A stretch of DNA of 64,000 nt from Vitrella brassicaformis CCMP3155 (Eukaryota; Protista; Chromerida), in assembly GCA_001179505.1 (NCBI GenBank), contig CDMY01000474.1, forward strand, positions 5,581-69,580, read 5' to 3'. The translations under genes were made by a program, and so were the position numbers. Shown here one piece after another: positions 53,748-64,000 of this stretch. How positions within the stretch are numbered: position 1 is the stretch's first letter; every line of letters begins with the position of its first letter. The notes below the pieces were generated by a model. It had not been told where the DNA came from, made no database searches, and saw only the letters and a program-made list of their open reading frames with translations.

Positions 53748-55558
53748 TCAGACGCTGGCATATCCATATCTGGTTGGGAAGGCCACATCGGGCGGCTGCA
53801 TGCCCGCCCGACGCATCACACTGCGCACGGTTGCAGCTAGGGTGTTGAGGACGGTGCCGACGATCTTGACCAGGAAGGACAGGAAGTCCTGCATCAGAGC
53901 CGGCACCTCTCGCCAAAACCTGCAGACACCAACATGACATCACACCGATGAGAAGGACGGATGGATGTGTCTGGAGGGTCTTCTGAGGGTGTGCCGCTTA
54001 CTTGATGTGCGGCACCGCATCCAGGCCTGAAGACAGCCAGACATAGGAAGGAAGACGGCAATGAACGAAACGCAGTGTGTGGTGATCTGTTTGTCGTCCG
54101 TTCCCCCACCTACCTTGCATCTCATATAGCGAGACATTGATGTAAGTCCCGAATCCGATGTATAGGGCAAAGAGACATATCGCGCTGCACAAAGGAGGGA
54201 GAGGAGGACACACAACGTGAGATGACAACCGCCGCTGCATGTTCGTCTTGTCTGTCGGCTGCCTCACAAGAATACGAGGTGGCTGATAGACGACAGAATG
54301 CCCCCATGATGATGATGCCGGTGCATGTGCATGCCGTGCTGGTCATGGGTGGCGTCGCGCAGCTGCCGGTGCTGCTGCTGCTGGTCTCCCGTCTGCGGTG
54401 CGACAGGCAGCCCGACTGACGGCTGCGACAGGCTCACCATCCCTGCAGGGCCATTCGGGGCTCCCTGCACACCTGGCGTCATCCGAATAAAGCAGCCTGG
54501 AATCGACAGATGGAGGGAGAGAGAGACCAGCAGTGGGTGTGTTAGGTGCGTGTTGGTGGCTTGGCTACCGTGTTGGGACTTGATTTTCAGCTCGTACATG
54601 CAGAATGACAGCTCCTCACAAGTGTGGAAAAGCGGCGTCGACGCGTTGGGGTCGCACTCGATGTGCACTGCCACCTGAACACACAACACACGTACAGCCG
54701 TACACACACGTCACGCGTGTCAGCGTCGCCTTGTGTTGCGTTTTCGGGCGCACGCACTTTTCTGGGCCCGCCGGTGGTCTCGCAGGTCTCGCCGCTGCTG
54801 TATTCCATACGAATGCCCTTGAGCGGATCATACGGATCTGATACACACAGATGCACGGAGAGGGAGAGAGATCTGGTGTGCGGGGCAGGTGCTGTGGTAT
54901 TTGAACCCCGCACCCACCGATGAGCTGTGTGGTGCCTGCGTCTTCGGTCTTGACGAGTACGGCCTGGCATGTCTGCTGCACAATGCCCACCGCACCCATC
55001 GCCTCCGTCAGCGGATTGATCAGGAACTGGTTCACCGTCCCATCCTGCAGACAGACGACACACACGTGCGGCGAGCAGTGACATCAACCATCGGTGCTTT
55101 CTCCCCCTCTCTTCGCTGACCGACCTTTCCATTGCATTTCTGGTGGACGGGTCTGCACATGTTCATCACGTAGCGATAGCTCTGGCGCTCACACGAAAAG
55201 TCCGGTGTGCTCGACGGCGCCAACAAAGACAGATCCCACCTGCAGACATCACATCCACACACAGACGCAGAACCTTGATTGGAGAGGACACGCCCAACTC
55301 TGCCATCCTTGCGTACATGTAAGTGTTGCCATCCTGTCCCACGATGTCGACGGCATGCAACTTCGCACAGTGGTCGTGTTGGTTGTGATAGCTGCTGTGA
55401 TGTTGCCACCCGTGGTGGAGCGGATAGGACAGCTGACTCGCTGCCATCGCCATGCCCTCGCCAGCAGCGACATCCACAAGCGTCAAGAAAGCCAGGCTCC
55501 GCCACCACACGATGAATAGAAGCGCACGAGGGCGCGGCGCACCCGCCGCTACCAACAT
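53748..55558 (-). CDS. Cation-dependent mannose-6-phosphate receptor / ATG27-like type I membrane protein with one MRH domain
   Basis: Signal peptide; WDLSLL...YRYVMNMC, TCQ, YSSGETC...GPRK, IECD, CEE...CMYE; His-rich stalk; TM AICLFALYIGFG; tail GLDAVPHIK|FWREVPAL ending in YASV* (53748). Confidence 0.88.
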
Positions 55559-55695
55559 CTCTAGCGCTGCTGGATGAAACCGCGAAGATCAGCGCAATGG
55601 CATGCTGCGGAAGCGATGAACCGAGGTGGATCTTACGACGGCAACGCGATGGAGAGAGCAGGTGGCAAGTCAGCAGGGCAAAATGTCGCCACAAG

Positions 55696-55768
55696 TGTCG
55701 CCTCCGTGGATCGAACACGGGACCTTCAGATCTTCAGTCTGACGCGCTCCCAACTACGCCAAAGCGAC
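55696..55768 (-). tRNA. trnF: tRNA-Phe (GAA), intronless, 73 nt
   Basis: GTCGCTT acceptor pairs with AGGCGAC + discriminator A; D-arm GCGT/GCGC; anticodon arm TCAGA-CTGAAGA-TCTGA; T-arm CCGTG-TTCGATC-CACGG; TTTT shortly downstream. Confidence 0.97.
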
Positions 55769-56163
55769 ATCTGCTCTTCCCTAGACCTCACTTTATATGT
55801 GCATGATGCGGAAAAGTAGCCCTTTCGCCGATGCGAACCGACGAAGATCCACCCACTCATGAGGCGTCGCGCAACGCAGCCCAGCTGAACGGCAACGCAG
55901 CAGAGAGCTCAGCCCGGCACACCGCGCTTCGCGAGACCTGGCCATCATGAGCGCAGCGATGACTGCACAGGTGAGGGCTGAAGTGCACACGAAGATCTGC
56001 ACAGCGCCCATTGTGCACTCTGTGTCTGTTGCAGACGGCACCGGTGCCAGGCCCCGCCTGCTGTTTGGCGTATCGTGGAGGTGAGGAACCGGCACAGACA
56101 CGTATCTTCAGTCGATGGTCCATGTTTGTTGGTGTCTTTGGCTGGTGGCGGATGGTGCGCCAG

Positions 56164-57250
56164 TCAGCTGTCGAGTGAATTGGCGCACCTTGTGCGTCCG
56201 GGGACGGCCATGACGCTGATGCCAGAGATGATGTGCATTGCGTGTTTGCTCGGGAGAGAGGGGGAGAGAGATGTGTGACACACTGATCTATACATGTATG
56301 TGCTGTTGATTGATATCACACTTGGTATCCGACCTTCACTTCGTGCGGACCTTTGACGTATGCCACTGAGTCCACTCGTGTATATGGCGACATATCGCAG
56401 ACGTCTGTGCCTCACGTGCGTGGCGCAAGGGGGAGCTATGGATGGCCTACATGGAAGCACGTGTACGACCATCCATAGCTCCCTGTGTCCACACGGCCGT
56501 GAGGCACTGACTGTCCATGCATACATGTACAAAACACCTGCTGATCCCCGGACTCTCTGCCTTCCTGCCTGGTTTGCGTCGTCTTCCTTCCAGTAGAAGA
56601 GCGTGCCGTGCATCATATAAGGATGCTTTGCACCGTCCTCCCTCCCTCCCTGCCTGCCTGCCTGCCTGCCTGCCATACGCACAAACGCATTCACGCACGT
56701 GTAGCTGGGATGTGTCAGCCATACACACACAAGTGCCATGACAGAGAGAAAAGACAAGGACGTTCGTTTTCTGACACTTCACTGCGTGGCCCATGCATGA
56801 CACAAGAGAGAAAACCGCTGCTGTACAATACAAAGAACAAAGTATGCACCATTCATGCACTGAGCAGTCCGACATGCACCTCCCTCTCCACCCCCCGGCC
56901 CTCCCCCTCTCACATAGTCTTCTTGACCGCCCGCAATCATTCTCCTATCCTCACCTCCCGCGCCGCTGCCTGCGGACGACCCTCTTGAGGTATCTCATGA
57001 GCAGGCGGATGGGCAGTGTGGTCGCACGGACGAGGCCCTCTCGCTCGTCGCTCCCATATGCATGTCTGCCCATTGGCAAGTGCTGTTCGCTCCTCGCTCG
57101 GGGCAGCTAATTACAGAACAGACTGGTCGGCTGTTGGAGAAGGTATGCTCGGCTGACAAACCGCGACAGACACCACACAGAAGAGAGCGCTCAGAGAAGC
57201 AACGCAGATGACGGCCCAGATGAGCGGCCGAAAAAACGAGCTGGCCGCGC
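56164..57250 (-). CDS. Probable multi-exon gene of unknown function (model unresolved)
   Basis: Exon-like blocks with GT/AG borders: FFRPLIWAVICVASLSALFCVV (TM-like), LVRATTLPIRLLMRYLKRVVRRQRRG and HPYMMHGTLFYWKEDD. Start and end are uncertain. Confidence 0.35.
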
Positions 57251-57633
57251 CGGAGCCGGTCTTCACGTACCGTCACGCCATTGTCTTGACGACGATTCCA
57301 GTCCGCAGGAAGACAAGAGGGGAAGGCGATAACAAGGGGGAAAGTGCATGCAGGTCGAGACTGTGTACGCGCACTCTAGGGTTTCGTAGCGATCTCTCAA
57401 ACGGGCTGCGTACGGGACACATTTTCCAGCTGCATCCGGCTGTGTTTGTCTTCGCCACACATCGCAGGAGGCCAGCGGGTCCCCCTTGCATGAGTCCTTG
57501 ACCCTCCCCTCCCCCATCGCACCTCGGCAAGGACATCGCATTTGCTTCCCTCTTCCTCTCCCTCCGTTTTTCTGAAGCGTCGTTCGGCCCAAGCAGGTCT
57601 CCTCCCATCAGCAGCTGCCCTCACATCGCACCC

Positions 57634-60600
57634 ATGGCCAGCAGACTGCTCTTCGTGCTCGCCTGTCTCGCTCTCCGGGCGTCGTGTCAGCCAGCCAACA
57701 TCACCGTGACCATCGCGTACGGAGGCGATTTCGAGGGCTTCTGGTCCTTCCCTCTGCTTGCGTGGACGGCCAAGCTTGCGTGGGAGCGCGAAAGCCCTCT
57801 CATCCCCGCCCCTCCGGCAGCACGGGCCGGTCTGGCTGTCGACTTGGTGTTGGAGGATCTGAGGGGCGAGAGCAAGACGGCCGTCGACTTCGCCACGAGA
57901 CACTTTGTGGGGTCGCGCTTCGATGAGGACATGCCCAAAGGTGAGTGCGGGGGAGGGGGGAGATAGTGTCGTGCATGCATGTACGTGATGGCCTCTGTGT
58001 GTTGCGTGTGGTTGTCAGTGTCTGCGGTTGTTTGCTGCCACCGTTCGTCCAACACCGTAGCTGTTGCGTCCCTGGGCACCCTCATGCAGGGTGTGCAGAT
58101 CACCGACCTGTCCACGGCCATCGACCGCTCCAACCCACTCCCATACTACAGCAACTTCCCCACACTCACCAACACCACTGCCACATTCCCGTACCTGTTC
58201 AGGTGCGTGTGCACATCGGAGAAAGCAAAGCTTGTCTCTTGACTGCTGCATGCACGTGTCGTGTGCCTATGTGTTGGTGTTGCAGGACCGTTCCCGGCAC
58301 ACAGAGCACAGGAGAGCGATGCCGACTCCTGCGCGGGTACACAACACCTCCCCCCACACCCACGCCCACACAGCCACACACAGAGGAACGTTCACTCCCA
58401 GTCCCAGCTCATTCTCTCTCCTTTATCTGTCCCCATGGTTGGTGCAGTCTTGTTGAGGCCATCGGTGCGGAGCGTGTGGTTTTCATCAACCCGGCCATCG
58501 GTGCGGGCAAGACGCAGCAGCGCTTCCAGGTCCTGTGCCTCAGCGCGCAGAACATCACTGTCGACACCATCGACCTGCCGCCACTCATCGGCAACCAAGA
58601 CGAACCCTCAGACGACCTCATCGAGAAATGGTAAAAGGCAGACAGCCGCGAAGTGTGTTCCTCATGTGTCTGTGGTCTTGTTGTGCAGGGAGCAGCATCT
58701 GTCTCGCGCCAAGGGCTCCGACACCCTCATGACTGCCTTCTTCCCCTACCTCGACAACCCCTCGTCATGGGAGCCCTTCCTGGCCCTGCCCCCATCCATC
58801 GGCCTGACCTCGCCCAACACCACATGGGTCTTCCCCCCGCAGTTCATCACCGTGATGCCCTCGCTCCCAGACCTCTCCGACTACATCGGCAGCCTGGTCA
58901 TTGCACACGACGAGCGGTCCACCATGTGGAGGGACTTCACCGACTTCTGGAGCACTCTCACGCCTGACGACTTCCCCACTGAGGCACAGACCTGGCTCCG
59001 GGGGCTGGCGGCGCTACTCGACGTCGACGACGTCGACGGACTCTTCGACAAAGGTATGCATCCTTGCATGGGGAAGAGAGAAAGTCCCATGGCCTTCTCT
59101 TGTCGGTTTTCAGGCGTGGATCCTGACGTGTTCCTCGGTGCGTCCGGACGTGCTTTCGACTCCGTCACAGCCGTGCTGCTCGCGGCCGCCCACATCCGCA
59201 CCACAGCACGAGAGGCGTCACGGCAGCCTCAACTGCACGGCGAGACCATGCGGGACACCCTGCAGCAGATTCGCTTCAAGGGGCTGTCGGGCGACGTCGC
59301 CTTCACAGAGACCAACGACAGGGTGGGGCTCCCGTCCGGGGAGGTGCTGGCCATCGCCGAGACGGGTGAAGACGGCATGGTGCGGATGTCGTCCGTTGGG
59401 CGGTTTGATGGGGGTGGGCGTGTGGGTGTGGATTCGCACGACTTGGATGTGCTCAAGGGCGTGTGGGTCGGCGAACGAGACATCGATGACCTCAACATGA
59501 GGTGAGTGAGACCACAAGGTGTCTACACGCACCTTCACGCACACTTTCATCCTTACACGTGTGTGTCCTCTGTGTGTTTTGCCTTCAGCGCATCCGTCAC
59601 CACTGGTGCCAGCCCCTCACCGACCAACGCGGCTTCATCGACCAACAGCAGTGACAGCGAACCTGATGTCTCAGCCCTGCAAGCAGACCCAGAGAAGAAG
59701 GGCCTCCTCCCACCCAATGGTGGCGCCCCCGCCCCACCCCCACCCGCGCCCCCAGCAGACCCAGCCAAGAAGCCAGAGGACACGGCAGCCCCGCCACCAC
59801 CAGCCGCCAAGCCGGAGCATGCTGCTCCCTCTCCCCCTCCCCCCACTCATGAAGCGATGCCCGCGCCATATGCCCACGAGGCGCCCGCGCCGCCCATGCC
59901 CCACGACCACAGTGTCCACTACCCGTCGCAGCACCATGAGCATATCGACCATGAGCATGAACACGGTGGCGAGCTGGTGTACGACATCCCTCCTGGCTAC
60001 TACAGTGTGGGCGACACGACCTATGGCGGCGAGGGGATGGGCAAAAAGGAGGGCGAGGCCCCACCACCCCCGCCACCGACCGGCAAGAAGGAAGACCACG
60101 TGCCCCCTCCCCCACCATCAAAGGAGCCAGCACCACCCCCGATGGACGGCAAGAAGATGCCGGCACCCGAGCCCGTGGTCGACAAGATGCCCGCCCCCGA
60201 ACCGACTCCCCCACCCCCTCCCCCGATGAAGCAGATGCCCGAGGTGGACAAGAAGACGGCCAAGAAGATGCGCAAGCAGCTCGGAGGGGGCGGCATTGGT
60301 GGCGGCAAGATGGGAGGGGGCAAGATGGGCGGCGGGGGCAAGATGGGTGGCAAGATGGGAGGCAAGATGATGCACGGGGCGGAGATCCAGTGCGGCGCGC
60401 AGGTGTGCAGCCCTAATGCTGCGTGTGTGGACGTGAATCGCGTGGCGACGCGGATCGGGATGCTGAAGCCTTTGCAGCTCAAGAAGCTGCAGAAGCGGAT
60501 CCAGAAGCGAGCCAAGAAGGGCAAGGGCGTGCCGATGCCGATCCCCGACTACCAGTGCAGGTGTAACTTCGGATACACCGGCACCGGACTCACTTGCAGC

Positions 60601-61554
60601 CGTACGCACACGGGCACAGGGAGGGGTGGGGGGAGAGGGGCGGGGGGATGCATGCATCAGCGGTTCTTCGGTCCATGCTGTTCGATGTGTTATGTTTCAG
60701 GTCCGCAAGGGTGTGGTGACTGTGACGAGAACGCCGAGTGCATGCCGGGCCCGAGCGGCAGCTTCGAGTGTGTGTGCAAATACGGATACGTCGGCGACGG
60801 GCGACGATGCACACGTAAGCATAACACAGTACACGAGACACACGCGCCCCCTTCCTCCATCCATCTGTGTGTCTATAACTATGTCAGCCCCTGGCGAGTG
60901 CGATCACTGCGGCCATGGTTCGAGCTGTGTCCACACGGATGACGGGTGGACGTGTCAGTGCGACGAGGGCTTCGTACCCATGCCACACGAGGAGGGACAC
61001 TTCATCTGCCAACGTGAGCCAGACACGAGCCACAACAAACCTCCTGAACATGACAGACATGTGTGTGGGATGCTTGTTCGTCTGCCCACGTGTGGCATCA
61101 GCGATCGACCCGTACCTGCATTGCGGCCCCAAGGGATGCTCCAAGCATGAGGTCGGCGCGCTGTCGGTCTCATCCTCGTCGAGCGGCAGCAACTCCACCA
61201 GATCATCACGGTCTCGTTCTCGTGCGGTGCCGCCTTATTGGCTGTACTCGGGTGCGCTCTTCTCCAGCGACGCCATGAGACACCAAGACCACAAAGCGGA
61301 GGCATCGCTGCAGAGCATGTGTGCTGCTGGTACGGACAGACACAGACACGGGGGGTGAGGGGGAGACATCTGATGTGATGTGTCTCTGCCTGTCTGTGGA
61401 TGGATGGATGTTTGCAGTGACGCCCAAGTCTCAAAAGCTGTCGGTAGATGAAAGCGAGGAGAGCCCTTCGAGCGGCGCTGCGCCGGCCGTGGCTGGCTCG
61501 ATGGCGGTCTTCATGTTGGTCATCGGAGTGCTGTCCTTCCTGCTGATCTGCTGA
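57634..61554 (+). CDS. Surface protein: signal peptide - ANF-receptor-type periplasmic-binding (Venus flytrap) domain - Pro-rich stalk - 3 EGF-like domains - hydrophobic C-terminus (GPI-like)
   Basis: MASRLLFVLACLALRASC; FPYLFR|TVP and AFDSV..LLAA...G..MRDTLQQIRFKGLSGDVAF...NDR (typical of the ANF-receptor ligand-binding C-lobe); EGFs C..NAAC...CRCNFGYTGTGLTC, CDENAEC...CVCKYGYVGDGRRC and CGHGSSC...CQCDEGF; ends AVFMLVIGVLSFLLIC*. Confidence 0.8.
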
Positions 61555-61878
61555 CTGAAGCTGATGATATGCTGAGGGCTTGGTGCATGGACGTGTTAAT
61601 GTGATAGGCTGTTCGTACCGCATGTATAGCACACTCACTCTCTCTGCGTACAACTGAGCGTCGTGTTTGAGGCCTGTCTGCCCTTCACACACGTCCATGC
61701 GCACTGACCAAGGCTGCAATGCACGGCCGTATGCGTTTGGTGCCGTGTGTACGGACGGTCAGACGAGTGTCTCCCATGCTCGTTCCATATCGTATGTACT
61801 CTCAATCACAATGATCATTAAGGCAGGAAGGTCATCCATCGGTTTTATCGCTTTTTCCCTTTTTCTGGACACCGCATA

Positions 61879-61930
61879 GCATACATATAGCATACATATA
61901 GCATACATATAGCATACATATAGCATACAT
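61879..61930. repeat. 11-bp tandem repeat (GCATACATATA) x4.7 in 3'/intergenic DNA
   Basis: Units start at 61879, 61890, 61901 and 61912, with a partial copy at 61923. Confidence 0.95.
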
Positions 61931-63043
61931 GTACAGGCAGACATGTATGTACGTGTGTACGTGTGTACGTGTTTTCTGCTGGTCTATGTATATACCGAAT
62001 AGGTAGGTATCCATCGTATGCTCGTAAATGGGTCGATACGATACACCCGCCTGTTGGTCGCGAGTGTCTTTCCCATGTTTTGGTTGGCATGGCATTCATA
62101 TCGGTGGCCTGTGTGTGAGCCACCAATCAATCAACTTGCATAACTTGCATTTGTGTAATTCGTCCACAGGGGTTACCTACGTTTTGTATCTCTACATTTC
62201 TGTGGCTGTGTATCGGATCACCTGTGTATGAGTAGAGAGCTGTAGCGAGCGGGCTGAAAGGTGTTTCAGGTACAAAAACGGTGTTTTTCGGGAGCTGGGA
62301 TGGGGCTCAACGATGATGTACAGGCAGAGACATTATACTAGTGCTATGTGTTGTTGACGGACGACCGAGCGAACAGTCAGGTCTTTTTCCGTGACACGAA
62401 CACACGCACACCAGTGGTCTGAGTGAGACGCAAAGCAGTGTACAGGTCCACCACCTCACTCACTCCACTCACTCCACCACCTTGCACTAGTCGACGTGTG
62501 CATGTATGCATTGCCATTGACTGACAGACACCACAGGCAGGCTATGTGCAGAAACCTATATCGATCAATCGATGGGCGATAAGACTTGGATGCGGTGTGC
62601 GTGTACAGGCAGGTTCTCGTTGACATGGTAGGTCTCTTCAGCGGGCTCCACTGCATCGCGGCCCCCCGTGAGGTCGGGAGGCAATGACACAGTGGGGCCG
62701 GGCGAGGAAAGAGGGCTACTATGTCGACGAGGCACGGCTCAGCCAGATTGCATGACAAAAGCGACATTTCCACTCATGGGCATAGATGAACACCGGGTGC
62801 GTGGAATGAAGCGACAGACATGGCGTGAGTGTCTACAGTCGGTGCTACGGTGAGACTTCTGCGTTCGTCATGTGCCGAGAACATTCTTCACTGCGCCAAG
62901 TTGCGTGCAACCAAACGGTTTCGAGGGATGCGCAGAAGACGTACAAGCCAAAGTTTGACATGGACAAATACACAAGACCCCAAACCGGCGCACCTAAGTC
63001 TCATGACGCATACGTATACACATCACATGAATCAGCCAATCAG

Positions 63044-63712
63044 TCAGTCGGTCTTGTGCTGGGCGTCTGCCTTGCCCTTGGCCCCCTTCCTCTTGCCGCG
63101 ATAGTTGGCGATGTTCTCGGCACGCTGCTCCTGAACGGTGAAAAGAACACCACACAGACAGACAGGCACCCATACAGGTGAGCACACTGGCTGCCTGGCT
63201 GCCGGGTTGCTTTTTGTGTCTGCGAGTCTACCTACCTGTCGTTCCTTCTTGCCCTCCTCCACGGCCTTGTTGCGGTCAGCCCTGAACGCACACACACAGA
63301 CAGACAGACAGACAGACATGCCATTTTGAGCATCGCTCGGCAGAGGTCCTGGTCATCGTGCCACCAATTGAGGAAGTCCAACGCCGACAAGCAGTCCAAC
63401 AGATTCTTGCACACATGCGACAAGGGAAAGACGGCAGCGCGCAATCGGTACCTCTCGCGTGACACTTCTCAGCATGTCATTCCTCGTCTGCAGCACCCGG
63501 CAGCACTGTGCGCTCAGCCGACTGCTGGAAACCGCCGTCCAGCAACTGCAGCACATGCAGTGTGTTTCTCGGTTCCTTACGGCTTGGAAGAAGGTGTATT
63601 GCTGCGGCACGGCCTCCGATATGGTCAGAGTGTCCTCAGAGCCCTCGAACTTGACCGAGATGGGCTGACTCGCAGATGACGCCGACAGAGATGCTGCAAC
63701 ACCTGACTCCAA
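63044..63712 (-). CDS. Small hypothetical protein with a possible SKP1/BTB-like fold and basic C-terminus (multi-exon)
   Basis: ISVKFEGSEDTLTISEAVPQQYTFFQA and LLDCLSALDFL resemble POZ/Skp1 strands and helices; later exons RADRNKAVEEGKKERQ|EQRAENIANYRGKRKGAKGK. Start uncertain. Confidence 0.5.
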
Positions 63713-63894
63713 TTACGCGCCAGCAGGCCTCCACTGCCCCTCAAAGGCTCAAAGCAGAAACGAAATTGCCAGCCGCACTCGGGTGCGTAGGGTTGGCCGT
63801 GTAACGTTTGGCAAGAGAAGCCGAACGGGGGTGGCGGCCATCATGATTTCTGGGCTCGAACAGAAGCATTCGTGTCAGAAGTGCAAGTCGGTCC

Positions 63895-63914
63895 AGGGTT
63901 TAGGGTCTAGGGTT
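63895..63914. promoter_or_regulatory. Short degenerate telomere-like repeat (AGGGTTTAGGGTCTAGGGTT) upstream of the last minus-strand gene
   Basis: About three TT(T/C)AGGG-like units read directly; a regulatory role is inferred. Confidence 0.4.
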
Positions 63915-64000
63915 CATAGACCGACGATCCACTGATCTGTGAGACAGGACGGCTGTTGAGTCTTTGTCCGTTCCATGAGACAGGCCATGGCGGACAGGAC

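Noticed and set aside
55684-55702. tRNA 3' duplication as an integration (att) site of a mobile element
   Set aside because: The duplication is only 7 nt, 5 nt apart, with no integrase or inserted element.
61879-61930. CRISPR-like array (also considered for 41201-41636 and the 50.5-51.2 kb repeats)
   Set aside because: No unique spacers of regular length, no cas genes, and a eukaryotic context.
62456-62773. 105-aa minus-strand ORF downstream of the 63-kb gene
   Set aside because: TTG start, no motif, and no verified splice link to the upstream exons.
63895-63914. Chromosome end / true telomere
   Set aside because: Only about three degenerate units, followed by ordinary sequence.

Overview
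Gene-dense, GC-rich eukaryotic nuclear DNA with many short GT-AG introns full of (AC)n/(GT)n, (CCAT)n and (GACA)n microsatellites. Several nuclear genes carry signal peptide + A/S-F transit peptide presequences (AtpF, cytochrome c6 family, PfkB kinase, creatininase-like). This points to an alga with a complex red-derived plastid, most likely a chromerid such as Vitrella (inference from sequence only). About 27 protein-coding loci were reconstructed by hand-splicing, and most ORFs in the supplied track are exon fragments or antisense/microsatellite shadows. Recognisable genes: oligopeptidase B, kinesin-3-like motor with FHA, cytochrome c6A-like protein, PfkB kinase, LRR protein, creatininase-family amidohydrolase, AtpF, histidine phosphatase, ABHD11-like esterase, hemolysin-III/PAQR, TMEM208, an MRH-domain M6P-receptor/ATG27-like protein, and tRNA-Phe(GAA). 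Main highlights: (1) a plastid-targeted RRM + Mut7-C (PIN/Zn-ribbon) fusion, visible only after splicing, lying head-to-head with an intronless nuclear atpF; (2) a cytochrome c6A-type protein with the two-Cys loop insertion in a red-lineage alga; (3) a Venus-flytrap + EGF + GPI surface protein; (4) a decaying otubain + RING gene next to an atypical kinase pseudogene that has a rearranged paralog about 22 kb away; (5) (AC)n...(GT)n fold-back introns. No CRISPR array, rRNA or recognisable transposase was found.
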